Source: Candidatus Scalindua sp.
Lineage (GTDB): Bacteria; Planctomycetota; Brocadiia; Brocadiales; Scalinduaceae
Length of the DNA stretch: 32,000 bases
Direction: 5' to 3'
NCBI GenBank assembly: GCA_031316235.1
Contig: JALDRA010000001.1
Location: forward strand, 2,880,001-2,912,000
In this document: in pieces, positions 16,054-25,096 of the stretch
Layout: each line of letters starts with the position of its first letter
How positions within the stretch are numbered: the stretch's first letter is position 1
Position numbers and translations under genes: made by a program
The notes under the pieces: generated by a model
Told to the model about the DNA's origin: nothing
Seen by the model: only the letters and a program-made list of their open reading frames with translations
Database searches by the model: none

Positions 16054-17694
16054 ATGATAACTATTGAAAAAGCTAATTTGTCCAGAAGCAGGAGCAACAA
16101 AAATGGCTGGGGATCTGATGTCTTGGAAATAAAGAAGAATTTCTTCAGCAGTAAAGAAGAGCAGAGAATCGGGATTGCTTTGACTTCTGTATTTGACCTT
16201 AAACGTTTGTATCGATTAATAATTGAAATAACAACACACATATTAAAAGTGAGAAATGCCTCTTTAATGATAGTAGAAGGAGGTATTCTCCGTATAAGAG
16301 GATCGAAACATCTTCCAGAAGCAGTCATGGAACAGTGTAGGCAGGGAATCGGTGAGGGCATATCGGGCAGCGTAGCCTTAAAGGGGGAATATCTGGTTAT
16401 TGATAACATAGAAGATGATATGAGATTTGGGAAAAGGAATGGAAACCTGTACTCCTGTAAATCCCTTTTGTCTATGCCCATGATTCATAATAATGAAGTG
16501 ATAGGGGTGATTAATGTAAGCGATAAGATGGACAAAAAAGTTTTTTTCGATAGTGATATTGAAATGCTTAAGGTTATTTCAAAATATTCGACCCTTGCAA
16601 TTCGAAACATTCTTTTGGTTGAAAGATCAAAAAAACGTTCAATCATAGATGAACTTGATACATTCTACTATAATGATACGAATCAATTTCTCCCGGTAAC
16701 TCTGCAAAGTCTCAAATCCGGTCCGTTTAAGACAAGCGAACTCTATCTTGAAAACAAGAATAATGGTAAAAGTAGCTATATCTTATACTGGAAGGGTGGT
16801 AATAATTTGTTTGTTAATGAAAAGAGGGAGGAATTTATCAGGAGAAATGTCGAGAAGTTGTTTGTACCTAAAAATGGAAGAAAACAATATTTGCGTTTTT
16901 TCGAGACTAATCTGGAAAAAATTATAGAGGATAATGGAATTAACATTATAGAAAAGTTTCAGGTAATCTGTAATATTGCCATTAATATTATTAACGATTC
17001 CAGTACTGCATCCGACGGAATATGTGATATTGAAAGAGCTAAAAATATTGTAGCTGCTTTAACCGATATTATCCTGAACAATAAAGAGCATATTTTTGAT
17101 ATGATCAAGGTACTGAAACATGACAATCATTGTGAATCTTATCCCATAAATGTAACGGTTTTTGGTCTCGGTTATGCAAGCCATATTGGTATAAGTTTAG
17201 ATGAGTTGCATGAGTTTGCCCTGGGATTATTTTTACAAGATATTGGAATGAGAAAGATTGATCGTTCTCTTATAAACAAACCGAATAGATTAAGCAGAGA
17301 AGAATTTGCAATCATAAAAAAACATCCGGAAATCGGGAGTCAGATTTTACAGGAAACAGGAAGTGTGCCGATGGAATCATACATGCTCGCAATGCTCCAT
17401 CATGAAAATTTTGATGGTAGTGGTTATCCTTACGGTTTGCAGGGAAATGATATTGAGTATCGTAGCAGAATTGCACGTGTTGTTGATGTATATAATGCTC
17501 TAACTTCTCATAGACCCTATGCAAGTGCCACAAGCAGTGAAAGGGCCTTCTCTATGATGAAAGGAGATATGGCAGGTCTGTTTGACAGGGATGTGCTGAA
17601 TGGTTTCATAGAATTTCTGGGGTCTGCTCATTCGAAGTTGAAAAAAGATGGTCATATTTCATTGTCAAATCAAGAAATTCTGGAACCGGTATAA
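16054..17694 (+). CDS. GAF domain + degenerate HD-GYP domain protein
   Basis: GAF motifs (GISGSVALKGEYLVIDNIEDDMRFGK...SLLSMPMIHNNEVIGVINVSDK). C-terminal HD-GYP-like domain retains KKHP, LHHENFDGSGYP and VVDVYNALTSHRPY, but reads YPINVTV (Pro 17143-17145 for His) and LFLQDIGM (Gln 17236-17238 for the His of HD). Start placed at ATG 16054 (agaggtg RBS); the track ORF begins at TTG 16033. Confidence 0.85.
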   Translation: MITIEKANLSRSRSNKNGWGSDVLEIKKNFFSSKEEQRIGIALTSVFDLKRLYRLIIEITTHILKVRNASLMIVEGGILRIRGSKHLPEAVMEQCRQGIGEGISGSVALKGEYLVIDNIEDDMRFGKRNGNLYSCKSLLSMPMIHNNEVIGVINVSDKMDKKVFFDSDIEMLKVISKYSTLAIRNILLVERSKKRSIIDELDTFYYNDTNQFLPVTLQSLKSGPFKTSELYLENKNNGKSSYILYWKGGNNLFVNEKREEFIRRNVEKLFVPKNGRKQYLRFFETNLEKIIEDNGINIIEKFQVICNIAINIINDSSTASDGICDIERAKNIVAALTDIILNNKEHIFDMIKVLKHDNHCESYPINVTVFGLGYASHIGISLDELHEFALGLFLQDIGMRKIDRSLINKPNRLSREEFAIIKKHPEIGSQILQETGSVPMESYMLAMLHHENFDGSGYPYGLQGNDIEYRSRIARVVDVYNALTSHRPYASATSSERAFSMMKGDMAGLFDRDVLNGFIEFLGSAHSKLKKDGHISLSNQEILEPV

Positions 17695-17703
17695 AGCCAT
17701 GTA

Positions 17704-18957
17704 ATGATTAAGATGAAGTATTTTCCTGTTGCAACAGAAAATCTGAGAGTAGATACAATACTTAACTTTAAAATCTATATAGAGTCGAGTAATAAATTTG
17801 TCTTGTTTCGCAAGAGCAACCATCCCTTCACGGAAGAAACAGTAAATAGACTCAAAGAAAATAAGGTTCATACTGTCTTCATATCAGAAGAAGATATTGA
17901 AAATTTTGAGGAATATTACTACGATAACAAAAACAAGTTCAATGTAACAGCAGATATATTTACTCCACCATTTGATCAACCAGAAAATAGAGAAAAATAT
18001 TATTCTACCTACTTAAACTATTTTCCAGTTGAAAGAAAAACCCTCATTCCAGGGTTTCCCGTCTGCTTTAATGTTTACTGCATAAATGGCTTGGCACTTG
18101 AGCGTATTATTGGTCCGGACAGCGAAGGAGATAGCCCTGAGACCATACCGGAAAACATTCAGGAATCACAGAGACCAATTGTAATCAGGAACTCAGAAAT
18201 ACCTCTCTACAGGGAATATCTTCTGAAACTGTCAGAGGGATATCCAAATATCAGTCATATTTCTCCAGAATTGCATTATACCCTGATTCGGGAAAATTCT
18301 AAATTGATTGTCAAGGAAGTCCTTGAAGATCCTCGGAGTGGAGACAATATAAAAAAATCTACCAATGTAGTGGAAATGTTAGTTGATAATATATTAAACC
18401 ATGAGAACACGTTTTACAATTTAATGAAAATAACGTCGTGCGATTATTATACGTACAATCATTCACTCAACGTATGTACCATGAGTATTGGATTGGGAAT
18501 ATTGAAGAATTTGAAAAGAAAACCCGATCTGGTAGAACTTGGATTGGGTGCTTTATTACATGATATAGGTAAGAGCCTGATAGATCCCTGCATCATTAAT
18601 AAACCTGGTAAGCTGACAGACGAGGAATACAGGATTGTGCAGGGGCACGTTATCGAGGGAACAAATTTACTTGAAAAAAGTAATAAAAAAATCCCTCAGA
18701 ATTCATTTTTCTCAATTCTTCAGCACCATGAAAGGCTCTCAGGACGCGGGTATCCGTATAAACTGAAAGATAAACGGATACACCTGTTCGGCAGGATTAC
18801 CGCAATTGTTGACTTCTATGACGCCTTGATTACCGATAGGCCATATAAGAAAGCACTTGAACCGTTTGATGCACTAAAGCTCATGTCTGATTATCCGGAA
18901 GATTATGATCAGAGCCTGATGAAAGATTTTGTGGTCATGCTGGGGGATCAAGGCTGA
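17704..18957 (+). CDS. HD-GYP domain c-di-GMP phosphodiesterase-type protein
   Basis: 417 aa. Motifs YNHSLNVCT, LLHDIGK, QGHV, QHHERLSGRGYP, ITAIVDFYDALITDRPY give a complete HD-GYP signature. Confidence 0.85.
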   Translation: MIKMKYFPVATENLRVDTILNFKIYIESSNKFVLFRKSNHPFTEETVNRLKENKVHTVFISEEDIENFEEYYYDNKNKFNVTADIFTPPFDQPENREKYYSTYLNYFPVERKTLIPGFPVCFNVYCINGLALERIIGPDSEGDSPETIPENIQESQRPIVIRNSEIPLYREYLLKLSEGYPNISHISPELHYTLIRENSKLIVKEVLEDPRSGDNIKKSTNVVEMLVDNILNHENTFYNLMKITSCDYYTYNHSLNVCTMSIGLGILKNLKRKPDLVELGLGALLHDIGKSLIDPCIINKPGKLTDEEYRIVQGHVIEGTNLLEKSNKKIPQNSFFSILQHHERLSGRGYPYKLKDKRIHLFGRITAIVDFYDALITDRPYKKALEPFDALKLMSDYPEDYDQSLMKDFVVMLGDQG

Positions 18958-19016
18958 TCTGAAGCGTTCCCCTGAATAGTATTTACAACTCTGCAAATTC
19001 TGTACTGGAGCGAGAC

Positions 19017-19373
19017 ATGGGTGACGAATTGAGCGTTGATAATATCTATCGTGTAGCTCCCAGGAAAAAACCTCTTCGCTCCAGGAGAAGAAAAAGTAAT
19101 CGGGATAGGAAACAGAGGGATGAGGCCGGAAATCATTTCCAGTATCTGGCAGAAGCGGCGGAAATCGCTCATGCAGTATTAGAAAAAAATAATTCACCTT
19201 ATCGGTTTTGTATATATCAAAAGGATCAAGAGGTGTTTATTGATATTGTGATAGTTGATGAAGTTGGAGAGATCAGGGAAGTAAGGAAGAAAAACATTAC
19301 TCACGATGAATTTTCTACCTGGTTAAACCATATAGAACAGGGAGAGGGGTTCTTTCTGGACTTGACGGCATAA
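19017..19373 (+). CDS. Small FlaG-like protein (tentative)
   Basis: 118 aa. The C-terminal half YRFCIYQKDQEVFIDIVIVDEVGEIREVRKKNITHDEFSTWLNHIEQGEGFFLDLTA matches, from memory, the FlaG pattern (L-F-x-vdeetg-x-vvV-kVvD-x-tGEvIRqiP...G-l-l-vD). N-terminus is strongly basic (RKKPLRSRRRKSNRDRKQRD). GGAG RBS. Confidence 0.45.
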   Translation: MGDELSVDNIYRVAPRKKPLRSRRRKSNRDRKQRDEAGNHFQYLAEAAEIAHAVLEKNNSPYRFCIYQKDQEVFIDIVIVDEVGEIREVRKKNITHDEFSTWLNHIEQGEGFFLDLTA

Positions 19374-19463
19374 ACACTGAACAGGTCTATGATAGTCTTA
19401 TCCGGAGTTTTAATCGTGCAGGTGGGAAGTATGGAGAAATTTTTTTTTCACAGGAAAATGTTT

Positions 19464-21446
19464 CTACTGCAATTTTTCAATTTCGACGTACGTTGAATTA
19501 TAAGCGGCATTTCCCCCGAAATCCTGTACTTCATCTGAGATTAAGGTGTTTATTCCTTTGCCTCCGCACAGTTTCGGCCAAAGACCTCCATAAACCAGTA
19601 CTACACCTTTTTTTATCTCATGTGTTGGCAGAGCCTTCATGTTTAACGTATCTAAGTCATTCCTCAGCCTTACCCAATCATCTCTCTTTATATCTCTCTG
19701 GTCAGCTTCATCTTTGTTGATCAAGACAACAGGTTCTATCTCTTTTTGCCAGATGTTATGAAACTGGGAACGTGTAATATGCATCAGGTTGACCGATAGT
19801 AATTGAAAGGGATATTTGCTGCTCTTTTCCTTGTAATAGCCGGGAAGAGGCGGAAGCCCTGCTGCCTTGGCTGATTGTGAATAAAATTCCATCTTGTGGG
19901 AAGGAGTTTTGTACTCATCCTGAGGTCTCAACCTCATCTTGCAGAACCCCTGGGTTTCAAGATCATCCAGAGTAAATTCCACGGCGGCACTCCTCGTGAA
20001 AAATTCATCAAGCACATCTCTTGTCGGGGGAAACAGCTCTTCTGAAGGAAGTTTCAAGGCAGAAGCTAACTCTTTAAAAACTTGATAATTCGGTTTTGCT
20101 TCCCCAAGAGGTTCAATGGCCTTCTGATTTAGAGACATATAATTATGGTAATAAGAGACATGCACATCAAATGATTCAAGAAAACTGGTAGCGGGCAGTA
20201 CGATATCGGCATAACTGCAGGTATCATTCAGAAAGAGATCATGAACCACCACAAAGAGATCTTCCCTCAGAAGCCCCTTTTTTACCAGCCTCTGGTTGGG
20301 AAGATTAACAACAGGATTGGTATTGAATATAAAAAGCGATTTTACCTCTTCGGACTCCAGAACTTTTCCAAGTTGGGCCATGTTGTAGGTCTTTCTGTTT
20401 TTCTCAGCTTCTGCCCTGCTTACAAACTGTTTTCCTTGAAGGAATCCCAAATCCAATTCTCTGTCTGTATTACTATAATGTACCCTGAATCCTCCCACCA
20501 GCGGCGCTAAAAGGGCAATGGTTCTCACTGCCTCACCCCCATAGAGATGCTTCTGTACACCAAAACCGAGATGGATAAAATTGGGTCTTAATCTGTACAA
20601 ATCCTCTGCCAATTTTCTTATATCTTCTTTCGGTATCTCAGTAATCCCAGAAACCTTCTCAAGCGGGAACTCCTTTGCAACTTCAGCAAAATGCTCAAAG
20701 CCATACGTATATCGTTCAACATGTTCACGCTCATATAATCCGGAGGAAATAAGATAATGTGCTATTCCCAGGGCAAGGACACCATCCGTATTAGGTTTTA
20801 TAGCGAGATGTGTTCCCATTTTACCTGTCTGCTTAGGGTCTATTACATAATATTTGGCGCCATTCTTTATTGCTCTTTTGATAAGATTATAGCCATGCAG
20901 ATTACTCCAGGGACCGTTAATTCCCCAGTGTATGATAAGCTTTGAAGTCGGTATTTCGTCGGGATCGATACCCCAAAACCCTCCGTAAACATGTTGCAGG
21001 GCTGCTCTTCCCGCATTAGAGCAGACAGTAGGAGCGCAATTACTCGTACCGAATGCGTTGAAGAAACGGTGAGAAAACTGCTTATTCAGCAGACCCATGT
21101 GGCCATAATAATCGACAGGTAAAATTGCTCCGGAACCGTATTCATCCTTGATTTTCGAAAACTGATTTGCGATTTCTCTGTACGCATCATTCCATGATAT
21201 CCTCTGGAAATCATCGTTGCCTTTTTTCCCGACTCTTTTAAGCGGGTACTGAAGGCGTTTCGATGAATATACAAACTTCAACCCGTTTTGAATTTTCCAG
21301 CAAAGAAAGCCTTGTGTTATGGAATGTTTTGGGTTTCCTCTCAATTTGACAGCATTGCCATCCTCGACGTCCGTTAAGATAGAGCAGGTATCATAACAGT
21401 CTCTGGGACAGGTACTGAAAGATACTGATTGTTTTGGTATTTTCAT
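19464..21446 (-). CDS. Cytoplasmic molybdopterin (MopB superfamily) oxidoreductase, YoaE/YyaE-like, substrate unknown
   Basis: 660 aa. N-terminal Fe-S motif TCPRDCYDTCSI (C-x3-C-x3-C). Length and C-terminal molybdopterin dinucleotide-binding-type region (...GVVLVYGGLWP...GINTLISDE...). No twin-arginine signal. Confidence 0.8.
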   Translation of the reverse strand: MKIPKQSVSFSTCPRDCYDTCSILTDVEDGNAVKLRGNPKHSITQGFLCWKIQNGLKFVYSSKRLQYPLKRVGKKGNDDFQRISWNDAYREIANQFSKIKDEYGSGAILPVDYYGHMGLLNKQFSHRFFNAFGTSNCAPTVCSNAGRAALQHVYGGFWGIDPDEIPTSKLIIHWGINGPWSNLHGYNLIKRAIKNGAKYYVIDPKQTGKMGTHLAIKPNTDGVLALGIAHYLISSGLYEREHVERYTYGFEHFAEVAKEFPLEKVSGITEIPKEDIRKLAEDLYRLRPNFIHLGFGVQKHLYGGEAVRTIALLAPLVGGFRVHYSNTDRELDLGFLQGKQFVSRAEAEKNRKTYNMAQLGKVLESEEVKSLFIFNTNPVVNLPNQRLVKKGLLREDLFVVVHDLFLNDTCSYADIVLPATSFLESFDVHVSYYHNYMSLNQKAIEPLGEAKPNYQVFKELASALKLPSEELFPPTRDVLDEFFTRSAAVEFTLDDLETQGFCKMRLRPQDEYKTPSHKMEFYSQSAKAAGLPPLPGYYKEKSSKYPFQLLSVNLMHITRSQFHNIWQKEIEPVVLINKDEADQRDIKRDDWVRLRNDLDTLNMKALPTHEIKKGVVLVYGGLWPKLCGGKGINTLISDEVQDFGGNAAYNSTYVEIEKLQ

Positions 21447-21589
21447 TATTTCAGTAAGCTAAAAAATTTACTGTGAGAACAGCGCTGTTTTGGAAGGAAA
21501 TGACAGTTCCAAGGCTTCCATCTCTACCTGCATTTAACCGGAGTTCAATTATTTTGCAGCGGGTATGGTGGGTCAATGCATATCCAAAG

Positions 21590-21633
21590 AAAAAGCTGTA
21601 TAAGATATTCCAGACATCTTATACAGCTTTTTC
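21590..21633 (-). terminator. Intrinsic (bidirectional-looking) terminator downstream of the GltB-like gene
   Basis: Perfect 13-bp inverted repeat AGCTGTATAAGAT (21594-21606) / ATCTTATACAGCT (21616-21628) with a 9-nt loop, flanked by an A-run and a T-run. On the minus strand the stem is followed by TTTTTCTTTGG. Lies 60 nt after the stop at 21693. Confidence 0.65.
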
Positions 21634-21692
21634 ATGTCAAATTTAACTGTTTCTGCCAGGAAAAGATCCTCGATGATTTCAGAGAAGAACTG

Positions 21693-23273
21693 TTATGCAT
21701 CTAGGATGTTCATGGAAGATTCTCTCTCCCAATCCATGATGTAGTTGATTCCTGTTATATCCGCAGCTTCTCTGGTTAATGCGAAAATATCATCCCTTTT
21801 GATTTCACTGAGGTCAAACCTCCTTGATCCGGCCATTAACTGACGAAGACCCATTGCCATTTTTTCATAATAGGAATACATACCCAATACCCCCGGAGTA
21901 ACTTCACCAAATTCTTCCTTTACTTTTGATGAGTAATAGAAAATCTTATCAATAGAATCACCATGTTCCGAAGCAGGTTTTGGTATTTTACCGGCCTTAA
22001 TCGCTTCTCCATTGGTATTCCCAACCATGGTAGCACAGATTGTAGACCGAGACATCCCTACAGCCTTTACGAATGGTGCAGCCAACGCGAATGATTTATA
22101 AATATGATCTTCGGCCGTAAGTCCACCTGCAAGAATTATATCCGGCACATAGTCTCCCCTGTCTGCCAGTCTCTTGCAATACTCATACGTCATTGCGGCA
22201 ATATAAACGGTAGGCACACCCCATTCATTCATCATTCTCCACGGACTCATACCCGTCCCGCCACCCGCACCGTCAATGGTTAAAACGTCAAGTTTATAAA
22301 TCGAGCAGAACTTGATGGCCCTTGCCAGATCAGACGGTCTATATGCACCTGTCTTCAGGAATACATATTTAGCGCCAGCATGTCTCAGGTGGTCTACCTG
22401 CTTACCAAAATCATCAATCGCTTTGGGTAGATATTCAGATATTGCCTTCACCCTGGTATGTCTCTCAAATCCCTCAACCGCTCCTGTTTTAAAGGCTTCC
22501 TGCACGATTTTATCTTCCGGATCAGGGATTACAATGTAGCCCCTTTTTTTCAATAGTATTGCTTTTTCCAGATTAAAAATCTTAACTTCACCACCTATGT
22601 TCTTAGCGCCCTGCCCCCATTTTAATTCAACGGCATCTGCGCCGAGTGTGTTCATGCTATACTCAAGGACGCCAAGCCTCCAATCTTCCGGATTTGCCTG
22701 AATGGCAATAAAGCCATAACCGTCTCTCTGGTTATCTTTAAAAGATTTAAACCTTCTCTCTAACTCCTTACATTTTGTGACCTTATGGTTGGAATCGAAC
22801 TCAGAAGTTTCATCCATCCCTACCACATTCTCACCAATTACTATCCCTGTACCGCAAATGGCTGAACCTGCCCCGAGATCCGCAAAATGGTTCTTGGCTA
22901 TCTCAGTGGAACCCAAACCTGTACAGATCAATGGGAATTTTAACTTAAGCCCTCTATCTCTACCGAGACGTGTTTCAACATTTACATTTGTAAACTGTTC
23001 GTACTCTCTCTGGTGATGACTGGCTACGGTCCCTGAAATGTTGAAATGTGAATAGTCTACAGGATAATCTTTTGTTCCACTGGACGTGCTTTTTCCAAAT
23101 GGTATAGGGTATATGGTTTCCGGCCCCCTCATAGCTGAAAGACCAATTTCGCAGTATCCCGGACATCCGTCAAGGCAGACAACACACATTCCGCTTTGCG
23201 GCAATACATCCCTTCCGGTTCTCGTTCTTGTACCCGTTGCAGCGGATTTATTGGGTATTTGCAAGCTTCCCAT
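21693..23273 (-). CDS. Glutamate synthase-related FMN-binding protein (GltB domain 2-like) with N-terminal Cys cluster
   Basis: 526 aa. Motif DGAGGGTGMSPW and the surrounding TIM-barrel pattern are typical of the GltS FMN domain. N-terminal CVVCLDGCPGYCE. Strong RBS (agaggagga). Confidence 0.8.
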   Translation of the reverse strand: MGSLQIPNKSAATGTRTRTGRDVLPQSGMCVVCLDGCPGYCEIGLSAMRGPETIYPIPFGKSTSSGTKDYPVDYSHFNISGTVASHHQREYEQFTNVNVETRLGRDRGLKLKFPLICTGLGSTEIAKNHFADLGAGSAICGTGIVIGENVVGMDETSEFDSNHKVTKCKELERRFKSFKDNQRDGYGFIAIQANPEDWRLGVLEYSMNTLGADAVELKWGQGAKNIGGEVKIFNLEKAILLKKRGYIVIPDPEDKIVQEAFKTGAVEGFERHTRVKAISEYLPKAIDDFGKQVDHLRHAGAKYVFLKTGAYRPSDLARAIKFCSIYKLDVLTIDGAGGGTGMSPWRMMNEWGVPTVYIAAMTYEYCKRLADRGDYVPDIILAGGLTAEDHIYKSFALAAPFVKAVGMSRSTICATMVGNTNGEAIKAGKIPKPASEHGDSIDKIFYYSSKVKEEFGEVTPGVLGMYSYYEKMAMGLRQLMAGSRRFDLSEIKRDDIFALTREAADITGINYIMDWERESSMNILDA

Positions 23274-23364
23274 TCCTAGTCCTCCTCTTTCGTTTATAAA
23301 AAAGTTATTGAGTTATATGAAAAGTATAAATACTTAGGTGTCAGATGCAAGAATAAAACGTCTT

Positions 23365-23393
23365 TTTATATAACTTTGTAAAAGTAATTGCAA
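23365..23393 (-). promoter_or_regulatory. Candidate sigma-70-type promoter for the GltB-like gene
   Basis: On the minus strand: TTGCAA (23393-23388), 17-nt spacer, TATAAA (23370-23365). This would give an ~85-nt leader to the ATG at 23273. Motif match only. Confidence 0.3.
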
Positions 23394-23797
23394 CAAAGTA
23401 TTTATACCGTTCGACAACACAACATCTAAGTCTTTTTGTGGCTGATAGATATGAGGGGTTTCTCGTAGATATTCTTTGCGTGAACAATAAAAAATTCACA
23501 AATTATCATGGATGGAAACACGGGAAAGGCACAAATGGAACTTCTTCTTGCTGCTCCCTGCCTGAAAGCCAGAGTCACTTATCTGCAGAATTCAGAATGC
23601 GTAAGCGTTAAGAGGTTGCAAGCTTACTGTGCCCGGTTTCCTTTTCAGGGGATATTTCACCCCATTAAATACTTTGATATGTTTCATGGAAATTTATCAT
23701 TTCTCTAATGAGGTGAATCTCAGGCACCTGCACAATGCCTCTCCTGTACGTGAAATTTATCTACTCTCTTATGAAGAGCTGTTAAATTAAACTTTTT

Positions 23798-24511
23798 TTA
23801 TAAACCACTTGCCCTTTCAAGGCCATTCCACAATACGGTTCTTGCATCAAGAAAATCTATCGCACCTTCTCGCAGCAGTTCCTGATGATCTTCTGTTGTT
23901 GCATAGGGAAGCAATGAATCTTTTATCCCTTCTGCATGTTCAACATCCAGCTCAATGTGTGCGGAGAAGAAGAGGACATCATCCTCAGTCAGTCCAGCCG
24001 CCCTGCACCCTTCACGAATATAGGTATACATCTGTGGTACGATGTATTCGGTTCCCGGTCCCATGGCTCCAAAGGCATAAATATAGTTAAGAAATCTGAT
24101 ATTGAGATACTTTTCTACAAAAAGCTTCGTTTCCGGCAGCGGTTTGATGGCATCAAGATTTTTTTGTGATGTGTCGATACCAACTGACCGTAAAAACCCT
24201 CGGAAAATTGCAGGATGAGTCAACTCAGGACTCATATCACGTTTCTCTTCCTGCCGGGCGCCATACTCTTCACCAAGATTTTTGATCAAGGGAGCCCTGG
24301 ACGCTTCGTCTGGTGTTATCGCAACCAATGCTGCAAGGTATCGCGCAAAATGACGTGAAAAACAGTAGTACTGTTCTCCAAAAAGTTTGATATGAGACTT
24401 GTTTACCTTCTTCTCCTGAAATTTCTTTAAATATGAATGATTGAGCGCAGGGTGCGCTAAGCATTCCTTTTGTAAATCGTCCACAAATTTGTCGGCTGAA
24501 ACGGCAACCAT
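23798..24511 (-). CDS. Haem-oxygenase-like di-iron enzyme family protein (HDO / CADD / iron-containing redox enzyme family)
   Basis: 237 aa all-helical protein with a six-ligand pattern like CADD: NLGEEYG ... THPAIF ... GTEYIVP ... HIELDVEHA (H-x3-D-x2-H). Strong RBS aaggaggg. Confidence 0.7.
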   Translation of the reverse strand: MVAVSADKFVDDLQKECLAHPALNHSYLKKFQEKKVNKSHIKLFGEQYYCFSRHFARYLAALVAITPDEASRAPLIKNLGEEYGARQEEKRDMSPELTHPAIFRGFLRSVGIDTSQKNLDAIKPLPETKLFVEKYLNIRFLNYIYAFGAMGPGTEYIVPQMYTYIREGCRAAGLTEDDVLFFSAHIELDVEHAEGIKDSLLPYATTEDHQELLREGAIDFLDARTVLWNGLERASGL

Positions 24512-25096
24512 GATAATCCCTCCTTAAAAAAAGCAGAAAAATTAAAAATTTGACTTCCTGACTTTGTGTAATGCTAGCAATGCGCGTACCAGAAAATGTC
24601 AACGAATGCGGGGGGTAATATCTGCGGCAGTCTTAAGTTGTATTTAAATAATATCTTATACGGTGGTTGTGCGGGAGGAGGGAAAGTTTTTCCTCTTTCT
24701 CTCATGAGTGATTTCCGAAAAAATGTTCTCTCCTCTTCGGAGTCCTGAAGAGTAAGGTAAATAAATTCGTGTTACAGGTGAGGAGAAGAAGAAATAGTGG
24801 TTTTTTATCAGAAAACAGCTCGGAAATATTGGGCAAGCAGATCTATGACCGTTTCTTTGAAGAGCGCAATATTTCAGGGTGTGAGAGGTGTAACTGCCTG
24901 TCATAAAAGAAGATATTTGCTGAGAGAAAGAATGTCTCAGTTAAGATTTCTGTTAAATTCTCAAGAGCAACAGGGTATAGGGGATAAGAGAATGAGTGAG
25001 AGATATAGCGAAATAATTGCGGTAGCCGCTCTGTTTTGTGGTAAGCGTTCACCGGTTTATTGTTCAGGGTTATCTTTCCGGATGTTTATGGTACCA

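Noticed and set aside
19374-19463. Expected convergent terminator between the FlaG-like ORF and the molybdoenzyme gene
   Set aside because: Only weak A/T-rich pairings (GAAATTTT / AAAATGTTTC around a T9 run) are present, with no convincing stem.
23508-23708. 66-aa ORF and an adjacent CTGCAGAATTC (PstI/EcoRI, 23583-23593) plus AAGCTT (23630-23635) cluster that looked like a cloning-vector polylinker
   Set aside because: There are only three isolated hexamers and the flanks have no vector-like sequence. The ORF has no RBS and lies between the promoter region of the GltB-like gene and the 3' end of the HDO gene. Most likely chance.
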